From assembly GCA_035501575.1 (NCBI GenBank), contig DATJVZ010000319.1, positions 3,841 through 67,840 of the forward strand: a stretch of 64,000 nucleotides of DNA. The letters run 5' to 3'. The notes under the pieces are model-generated. The model was not told the DNA's origin and ran no database searches. It saw only the letters and a list, made by a program, of their open reading frames with translations. Made by a program: the position numbers and the translations under genes. Source of the DNA: Terriglobales bacterium (lineage in GTDB: Bacteria > Acidobacteriota > Terriglobia > Terriglobales > Acidobacteriaceae). Positions 57,638 to 64,000 of this stretch are shown here, in pieces; the stretch's first letter is position 1; every line of letters begins with the position of its first letter.

Positions 57638-57982
57638 CTACCTGCAACAGGTGATCTGTTCTGGTTTGAGTGCCTTATTGCGAGTGCAACATTCCGCGTA
57701 GAGAAACTGGAGCAACTGTTGAAGTGCGTCGGTGTCGGCGGTATATCGCAAGAACGTACTCTCCCGTTGCACCTGAACTAACCCTTCGCTCTTGAGCTTG
57801 TCGAGGTGATGGGAGAGAGTTGAATTCGGAATTTCTAGCTCCTCTTGAATTTCGCTGACAACCAGCCCATCTGGGTGCGCTGTGAGCAACAACTGCATGA
57901 TCCTCAACCGCGCCTCCGTGCCCATCGCAGAGAACATGTCGGCAAACTTGGCAACCTGCTCCTCAGATTTCCGGTTTCTCAT
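57638..57982 (-). CDS. arsR: ArsR-family metalloregulator with C-terminal cysteine site
   Basis: wHTH VVSEIQEELEIPNSTLSHHLDKLKSEGLV. No ELCVCDL motif. C-terminal YAECC...ITCC. Confidence 0.85.
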   Translation of the reverse strand: MRNRKSEEQVAKFADMFSAMGTEARLRIMQLLLTAHPDGLVVSEIQEELEIPNSTLSHHLDKLKSEGLVQVQRESTFLRYTADTDALQQLLQFLYAECCTRNKALKPEQITCCR

Positions 57983-58071
57983 ACTTCGACCTTTGCCGAA
58001 CTACAGTAACTTGTCAAGCTCCTGACTTTAACAAGCGAATGCCCCGATTCCTGCTTCCGTTCGGGACCGTT

Positions 58072-60495
58072 TCAGCCGACCCGCAGGGTTTCCATGGGAT
58101 CCAGTTTCGCCGCGCGTCGCGCCGGCAAGTAGCTGGCGAGTAGCGCGATCGCGAGAAATACGAGCGGCGCGAGAGCAAAGGTTGTGAGGTCGCGCGTTCC
58201 CACCTTGTAGAGCAAACTCGACATTAGGCTGGTCAGCAGGCAGGCAGCGATCAGGCCCATTCCCACGCCTGCACCGGCCAATACCAGTCCCTGCCGTACC
58301 ACCAGGCGCATGAGGTCTTCCGGTTGTGCTCCGAGCGCCAGGCGAATGCCCAACTCATGCCGTCGCTGGGTTACGGAGTAAGCCAGGACACCATATACTC
58401 CGGTCACAGCAAGTGCCAGTGCGGTGCCCGAAAAGATACCTAGCAGCAGCGTCATAAATCGCGGTTGGGAAAGGGAGTTGTCCACGAGCTCATCCACGGT
58501 CTGGATGGCGGTAACCGGCTGATCAGGGTCCGCTGCCGAGATCTGCGCATGGATGACGGACGTCATGCTCTGGGGCGGAACCACGGTACGCACCAGCAGG
58601 TTCATGTTGCCCCAGGGCAACTGCGGGAACGCGATGTACAGCTGAGCCTGCGTATCCTGCGCCAGGCCCTTGTTCTTGACATCCGCGGCCACGCCAACCA
58701 CCTCGGCTGGCTCGGGCCAACGACCTACGATGACGTCTTTGCCCAGGGGATTCTGGTTAGGCCAAAAGCGCCGGGCGAAGGTTTCGTTCACGATGAGAAC
58801 CTTAGGAGCTTGGGCATTATCGGCGGTGGTGAAGGAACGGCCCGCTCGCAGCGGCACGCGCATGGTCTCAAACCACTGCGGACTGATAGCTTCAATGTCG
58901 ATAAACGGACGCTCGGCCAAAGGAACGTTTGGCTGTCCTTCCGGCAACACCGGAGTGATTCGTTTCCAGCTCAAGGGCAGCGTAGCCGAGATTGCAGCGC
59001 TCGACGCCCCAGGCAGTCCCGATACGCGGCGCAGAACTTCGTCAAAGAACGCGATCTGCTGTTCGGGCTTCGCATATTTCACGGTGGGCAGCGAAATATT
59101 CATGGTAAGCACGTTGTGCGCATCAAAGCCGGGATCAATTCGCAGCAGCTGCACGAAACTGCGCAGCAGCAGTCCGGCGGCGAGGAGCAGCAGCAAGCAC
59201 AGTGCAACCTGGCCTACAACCAGCAGACTCTTCATCCGCGCGCGCGTGTGTCCGGCGGAGGAGCCGCGGCCCTCCTCGCGCAGCGTCGTGTTGAGGTCAA
59301 CCCGTGAAAGCTGCAGGGCGGGAAAAGTGCCGAAAATGATTCCCGTGAGCATGGAAACCAACAGGGCGAACAAGAGAACATGCGAGTCGACGCCAATGGG
59401 TATTCCCGGCGGAAGCTGACTTGTTCCCCACCTGAGTAGCGCGCGGGTTGCTACCGCGCACAACCCTATACCGAGGACCCCGGCCACGAGAGCCAGCAGC
59501 ATGCTCTCGGTGAGAAGTTGTTGCACCAACATGATGCGGCTTGCTCCGAGGGCTGTGCGCACCGCCATTTCCCTCCTGCGCGCCAGCGCCCGCGACAGCA
59601 TCAGGCTGGCCACGTTAGCACAAGCAATCAGCAGTACGACGGCGAGGGAGACGGAGAGAACCAGCACTTTTCCGCGGACCTCACCTACGACGGAATCGCG
59701 CAGGGGAGCGGCAATCATCGTGACCCCGGGGTCGGCATCAGGCGCCGTGGGGTTTTGCTCGCGATACTGCTGGTTCAGCATGGCCAGCTCAGTTTGGGCA
59801 AGGGCCAGGGGTACTCCCGACCGAAGTCGCCCTACCATGCCCAAATAACCCACCCCCAGGCGCAGCCGCTCGGGGCGGATGAGGGTGAACTCAAAATAGC
59901 GCGGCGTCCAAATGTCGGCGGGGCCCACAAAGGGAAACTGAACGTCCGCCGGTAGGATGCCCACAATGGTATGCGGCACACTATCGAGGTTAACGGTCTG
60001 GCCGATGACCCTAGGGTCGCTGCCGAAGCGGCTGCGCCACATCGAATCACTGAGCATGACGACAGGTCTGCCCTCGGGGCGGCCCTCCTCTTCGGTGAAC
60101 CTGCGCCCGAGTTCCGGTTGTAACCCGAGCAGTGAGAAAAAATTGGCCGAGACCCGCGCCACAGACACCTGCATAGGTTCGCCACGTCCGGTGAGGTTGA
60201 AGTCATCGTTGGCCCAGACGGCGACCGCTTCGAATGAGCGACTGCGGTCTCGTAAAAGTTCGTAGCGCAGCAGCGTGCCGCCGAAGTCCTTGCTCTGATC
60301 CTTCGCTTCTACGGTCACGAGTCGCTGTGGGTCGGCATACGGGAATGGTCGCAACAGCAGCGCACTGGTGACCGTGAACATCGCAGTATTGACGCCGATG
60401 GCCAAGGCAAGGGTTAGGATGGCCGCGAGTACCAGACCGGGATTCTTAGAGAGCATGCGGACGCCAAAAGTGACATTCCCAAGCAGAACTCGCAT
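58072..60495 (-). CDS. ADOP-type duplicated FtsX/MacB-like ABC permease
   Basis: MRVLLGNVTFGVRMLSKNPGLVLAAILTLALAIG start and two MacB_PCD + FtsX halves. ATG 60495; the upstream ORF extension overlaps the neighbouring gene. Confidence 0.82.
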   Translation of the reverse strand: MRVLLGNVTFGVRMLSKNPGLVLAAILTLALAIGVNTAMFTVTSALLLRPFPYADPQRLVTVEAKDQSKDFGGTLLRYELLRDRSRSFEAVAVWANDDFNLTGRGEPMQVSVARVSANFFSLLGLQPELGRRFTEEEGRPEGRPVVMLSDSMWRSRFGSDPRVIGQTVNLDSVPHTIVGILPADVQFPFVGPADIWTPRYFEFTLIRPERLRLGVGYLGMVGRLRSGVPLALAQTELAMLNQQYREQNPTAPDADPGVTMIAAPLRDSVVGEVRGKVLVLSVSLAVVLLIACANVASLMLSRALARRREMAVRTALGASRIMLVQQLLTESMLLALVAGVLGIGLCAVATRALLRWGTSQLPPGIPIGVDSHVLLFALLVSMLTGIIFGTFPALQLSRVDLNTTLREEGRGSSAGHTRARMKSLLVVGQVALCLLLLLAAGLLLRSFVQLLRIDPGFDAHNVLTMNISLPTVKYAKPEQQIAFFDEVLRRVSGLPGASSAAISATLPLSWKRITPVLPEGQPNVPLAERPFIDIEAISPQWFETMRVPLRAGRSFTTADNAQAPKVLIVNETFARRFWPNQNPLGKDVIVGRWPEPAEVVGVAADVKNKGLAQDTQAQLYIAFPQLPWGNMNLLVRTVVPPQSMTSVIHAQISAADPDQPVTAIQTVDELVDNSLSQPRFMTLLLGIFSGTALALAVTGVYGVLAYSVTQRRHELGIRLALGAQPEDLMRLVVRQGLVLAGAGVGMGLIAACLLTSLMSSLLYKVGTRDLTTFALAPLVFLAIALLASYLPARRAAKLDPMETLRVG

Positions 60496-60647
60496 GATGC
60501 GACCATTATAGGATGCAGGAATTCCTCGATGGGCGGGCGAGGCCGGGATGAAGCGACCTCTTGCTTGACTACAAACCGGCGGAATAGCTGATCGACATTG
60601 TTCGGAATCGCTGCCTTCTATGGTCAAATACAAGCCAAGGACAATCC

Positions 60648-62351
60648 ATGACGCCTTGGCTGGCGGTCTTGGTCGCAACCCGGCTGGTTCGTTTGTCGGC
60701 GGTGGATATCGGCATTGTGGCCTTTTACTTTGCGCTGGTCCTTTCGATCGGCTGGTATCTCAAAAGACGCGCCAAAACCGGAGAAGATTTCTTCCTAGCG
60801 GGCCGCGAGATGACGGCGTGGATTGCCGGGCTGAGCTTCCTTTCCGCCAATCTGGGTTCGCTCGAACTCATGGGCTGGGCGGCGGCAGCTTATCAGTACG
60901 GCATTCTGGCGACTCACTGGTACTGGATCGGCGCCATCCCCGCCATGTTATTTCTCGCCTTAGTCATGATGCCGTTTTATTACATTTCCAGGGCTCATTC
61001 CGTGCCCGGCTATCTTAAGTTGCGCTTTGGGGAACCGACCCGTGCTCTGTCGGCCATTTCCTTCGCATTCATGACCGTGCTCATGAGCGGCATCAACATG
61101 TACTCGATGGCTCTGGTCCTGAAAGTGGTGCTGGGCTGGGACATCCACTTCAGCATCTGGGCTTCCTCTCTAACCGTGGCCGTCTACGTCGCGCTCGGCG
61201 GATTGCGTTCCGCCATTTTTAACGAAGTGCTCCAGTTCGTCTTGATTTGGGCCGGCGCGCTGCTCATTCCCATTCTGGGGCTGGTCGAAACCGGAGGTTG
61301 GGAAAACCTGAAATTGCAGATTGCGCGTAACGCATCGCCGGAATACACCCACCTGTGGTCCACCCTAGGCTCGTTCAACAACAACCCCATGGGAATTCAC
61401 TGGACGGGGATTGTCTTTGGCCTGGGCTTCATTATTTCCTTCGGCTACTGGACGACCGACTTTCTGGTTGTACAGAGGGTGCTTGCCGCCAAGGACCTGC
61501 GCTCGGCTAAACTCGCTCCGATTATTGGAGCTGCGTTCAAGATGATGGTTCCCATCATCGTGGTTTTGCCGGGACTCCTGGGACTGGCCGTGCTTCCGGT
61601 AAAACTCACCGGCGAAACCTCGGCCGTGGCCAGCGGCGGTCATAGCTATAACGAAGTTCTGCCGCTCATGTTGGCCCGCTATTGCGGTCCCGGCCTGCTC
61701 GGCCTAGGAGTCACGGCTCTGATCGCGGGTTTCATGTCGGGCATGGCCGGCAACGTAAGCGCCTTTACGACGGTGTGGACGTACGACATTTATCGCGCTC
61801 TCCTTCGCGCGAAGGCCAGCGACCATCACTATGTGAACGTGGGCCGCTGGTCGACGGTCTTGGGAGTGCTGATCAGCGTGGGCACCGCCTATCTGGTCAT
61901 GTCCTTTGCCAGCATCATGGATTACGTGCAGGCCCTATTCAGCTTTTTCATTGCTCCGCTGTTCGGCACCGTGATCTTGGGAATGTTGTGGAAGCGGGCA
62001 ACCGGGCCGGGAGGGTTCTGGGGTCTTCTGGCCGGGACGCTTTCCTCGATTGGCATGTGGGCCTGGGTTAAGGTGGATCCCAATGCGCTGCGCTACGTGG
62101 CGCTCTCGCCTAACGCGCGTAACATGGCGGAGAATATGTATCGAGCTTTGTGGTCCTGGATAGTTTGCGTGCTGCTCACGGTCGCGGTTAGTAAGATAAC
62201 GCGTCCGCGTCCGGACAATGAACTCGAAGGCCTCGTGTACGGGGTGACCGCGATTCCCCTGGAAGGCCAGGTTCCGTTGCACCATCGGCCATGGTTCTGG
62301 GCTGTAGTCGTGTCCGTCGTCTTCGTCGTTCTGAACATTCTGGTTTGGTAA
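60648..62351 (+). CDS. sodium:solute symporter (SSS/SGLT family)
   Basis: 567 aa with about 14 TM. FFLAGREM near the N-terminus and a GLRSAIFNEVLQ block. Confidence 0.85.
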   Translation: MTPWLAVLVATRLVRLSAVDIGIVAFYFALVLSIGWYLKRRAKTGEDFFLAGREMTAWIAGLSFLSANLGSLELMGWAAAAYQYGILATHWYWIGAIPAMLFLALVMMPFYYISRAHSVPGYLKLRFGEPTRALSAISFAFMTVLMSGINMYSMALVLKVVLGWDIHFSIWASSLTVAVYVALGGLRSAIFNEVLQFVLIWAGALLIPILGLVETGGWENLKLQIARNASPEYTHLWSTLGSFNNNPMGIHWTGIVFGLGFIISFGYWTTDFLVVQRVLAAKDLRSAKLAPIIGAAFKMMVPIIVVLPGLLGLAVLPVKLTGETSAVASGGHSYNEVLPLMLARYCGPGLLGLGVTALIAGFMSGMAGNVSAFTTVWTYDIYRALLRAKASDHHYVNVGRWSTVLGVLISVGTAYLVMSFASIMDYVQALFSFFIAPLFGTVILGMLWKRATGPGGFWGLLAGTLSSIGMWAWVKVDPNALRYVALSPNARNMAENMYRALWSWIVCVLLTVAVSKITRPRPDNELEGLVYGVTAIPLEGQVPLHHRPWFWAVVVSVVFVVLNILVW

Positions 62352-62369
62352 GAGGTCGTAACCGGCAAC

Positions 62370-62606
62370 ATGCACGACAGCGAAATTTCGATCTGGTTCT
62401 TCATCGGGCTGTCCCTGTTGGTAAATGGCATTTTGATCACCGGGGCGGGGATTTGGGAGATCCTTCATCCAGCCGCGAATCCCGTCGTGCTCTATCAACT
62501 GCATGCCAGCATCTGGTGGGGAATCCTGTTGTGGTTGTTCGGCCTGCGGTATTGCATTCGCTTCGCGCCCAGACCGAAGTCTAACCAGCACAAAGGAGTC
62601 GCATGA
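62370..62606 (+). CDS. small two-TM membrane protein, function unknown
   Basis: ISIWFFIGLSLLVNGILITGAGIW and IWWGILLWLFGLRYCI helices. Lies 18 nt after the SSS stop. Confidence 0.5.
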   Translation: MHDSEISIWFFIGLSLLVNGILITGAGIWEILHPAANPVVLYQLHASIWWGILLWLFGLRYCIRFAPRPKSNQHKGVA

Positions 62607-62667
62607 CTACCCTTCAAAAACTGACAATGGGTGTGCATGGGCACAGCCACGATGATAGAGCTTGGGA

Positions 62668-63903
62668 ATGATCAACGTCACGAAGCCAGACTTCAGAACT
62701 CCGGGCCCCCGCCTTCCTCAAGCCTGGGGTCGTTTCGCGCCCCTGCCTCGCAATGAGCGGCTTGGAGGTTGCCGGCGCGTTCTTCAAGCAAGCCTGTCCG
62801 TTGTATTCTGGTTGGCGCTTTCAAGCGCAATCGTGGAGGGCCAAACAACAGTGAGCGCACAGCCATTCGGAAAGCTGCCCGATGCTACTCCGATCGATCT
62901 CTACACGCTCCGCAGTGATTCCGCCGAGGCAAGCATCACGAACTACGGTGGAATCGTAGTAACCCTGAAAGTTCCGGATCGGAACGGGAAGCTTGTTGAT
63001 GTCGTCCTAGGCTTTGATGATCTCGACGGATATGTGGGTAACAATAACGACCCCAAGGGTGGAGCCTTTATCGGCGCCATCATCGGGCGCTACGCTAATC
63101 GAATTGCCCACGGCACTTTCACCCTTGATGGCAAGAAATATTCCCTGCCGCTCAACAATGGCAGCAATTCGCTGCATGGCGGACCGCATGCCTTTAATAA
63201 CGTGCCCTGGAAGGCAAAACCGATCCAGGACGGAGTCGAGCTCAGTTATCTGAGCAAGGATGGCGAGGCAGGTTACCCGGGCAATCTTTCAGTCACCGTT
63301 CGCTACACGTTGGTCAAGTCTGATCTCCGCATCGAGTATTCAGCCACCACCGACAAGGCTACCGTCGTGAACCTCACCAACCATTCTTATTTCAATCTCG
63401 CGGGACAAGGAAAGGGCGATATCCTCAATCACCAACTCACTCTCAACGCCTCCCGATTCACTCCGGTTGATGCCAACCTGATTCCCACTGGGGAACTTAA
63501 ATCGGTCGAGTCGACGCCGCTTGATTTTCGCAAAGCGACGGCTGTGGGCGCCCGCATCAACGCCGACTACGATCAGCTGCGCCTGGGACACGGCTACGAC
63601 CATAATTGGGTTCTCGACCACAAAGCGGGGTCGCTCGCCGAGGCCGCTGAAGTTTACGAACCAACGAGCGGGCGGGTGCTGAAGGTTCTGACCGACCAGC
63701 CCGGGATTCAGTTCTACAGCAGCAATTTTCTGGACGGCTCAATCAAGGGAAAGGGCGGAATCGCTTATGAACAGCACTGGGCGTTTTCCCTGGAAACACA
63801 GCACTTTCCTGATTCCCCGAACCATCCCAACTTTCCCACAACCGAATTGAAGCCGAACGAGCGATACCATACTGTCACCGTATTCAGCTTCTCGGCCCGA
63901 TAG
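62668..63903 (+). CDS. galM: aldose 1-epimerase (galactose mutarotase), possibly exported
   Basis: NNGSNSLHGG, NHSYFNL and FSLETQHFPDSPNHPNFP blocks. The N-terminus has ...GCRRVLQASLSVVFWLALSSAIVEG, which is signal-like. Confidence 0.85.
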   Translation: MINVTKPDFRTPGPRLPQAWGRFAPLPRNERLGGCRRVLQASLSVVFWLALSSAIVEGQTTVSAQPFGKLPDATPIDLYTLRSDSAEASITNYGGIVVTLKVPDRNGKLVDVVLGFDDLDGYVGNNNDPKGGAFIGAIIGRYANRIAHGTFTLDGKKYSLPLNNGSNSLHGGPHAFNNVPWKAKPIQDGVELSYLSKDGEAGYPGNLSVTVRYTLVKSDLRIEYSATTDKATVVNLTNHSYFNLAGQGKGDILNHQLTLNASRFTPVDANLIPTGELKSVESTPLDFRKATAVGARINADYDQLRLGHGYDHNWVLDHKAGSLAEAAEVYEPTSGRVLKVLTDQPGIQFYSSNFLDGSIKGKGGIAYEQHWAFSLETQHFPDSPNHPNFPTTELKPNERYHTVTVFSFSAR

Positions 63904-64000
63904 CCAAGTTGTCGCCTCTCGGTACCGTGGCCTACTCATGGGAATCAGGGCGCCAAGCTTCCCAGCCTCGATCCGGACCTTGGCTGGCTGGGCCGAACAG

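Noticed and set aside
1-64000. Scan for CRISPR arrays, tRNA/rRNA genes, transposases, integrases and prophage genes
   Set aside because: I saw no regularly spaced repeats, no cloverleaf-compatible or rRNA-like stretches in the intergenic regions, and no DDE/tyrosine-recombinase-like translations. The metal block has no recognisable mobility genes or flanking direct repeats.

Overview
High-GC (about 60% by eye) chromosomal segment that looks acidobacterial. That is an inference from hallmark families: an ADOP-type duplicated FtsX permease, a VWFA-related secreted protein, a CarboxypepD_reg-type TonB receptor and an Ig-repeat sedolisin. It holds about 50 tightly packed genes. I recognised no rRNA, tRNA, CRISPR array, transposase or integrase. 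Left third: a 9-gene minus-strand operon mixes murein-peptide recycling (mpl, ldcA, dapF) with MTA phosphorylase, a PfkB kinase, a GT-C-like membrane protein, an M61 peptidase and plsC. It is followed by acs, an AddAB-type helicase-nuclease pair and an MdtABC-type RND pump. Middle: a 1161-aa secreted S53 (sedolisin) peptidase, a polytopic membrane protein and a prolyl-hydroxylase-like 2OG oxygenase sit directly upstream of a complete, translationally coupled trans-4-hydroxyproline catabolic operon, which ends in a Tat-signal RidA. Right third: a metal/metalloid block. It contains an RcnR-type (H-C-H-H) repressor whose operator lies inside an apparently leaderless promoter, and a P1B-like ATPase lacking the CPC motif. 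It also holds a small Cys/His protein plus a TonB-dependent receptor, and an arsR-arsM-arsC-MIP operon. After that come an ADOP permease, an SSS transporter and a mutarotase. Most noteworthy: (i) the hydroxyproline-themed neighbourhood; (ii) four single-nucleotide, homopolymer-associated frameshifts between 33.9 and 57.6 kb, three of them in the metal block; (iii) the RcnR-like promoter/operator geometry; (iv) a transmembrane hairpin inserted in the last Ig-like module of the sedolisin; (v) structured non-coding stretches at 41.5-41.9 kb and 54.9-55.6 kb. I did not find a clear-cut new defence or mobile system. All functional calls come from motifs read in the translations and recalled family knowledge. 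No searches were run.
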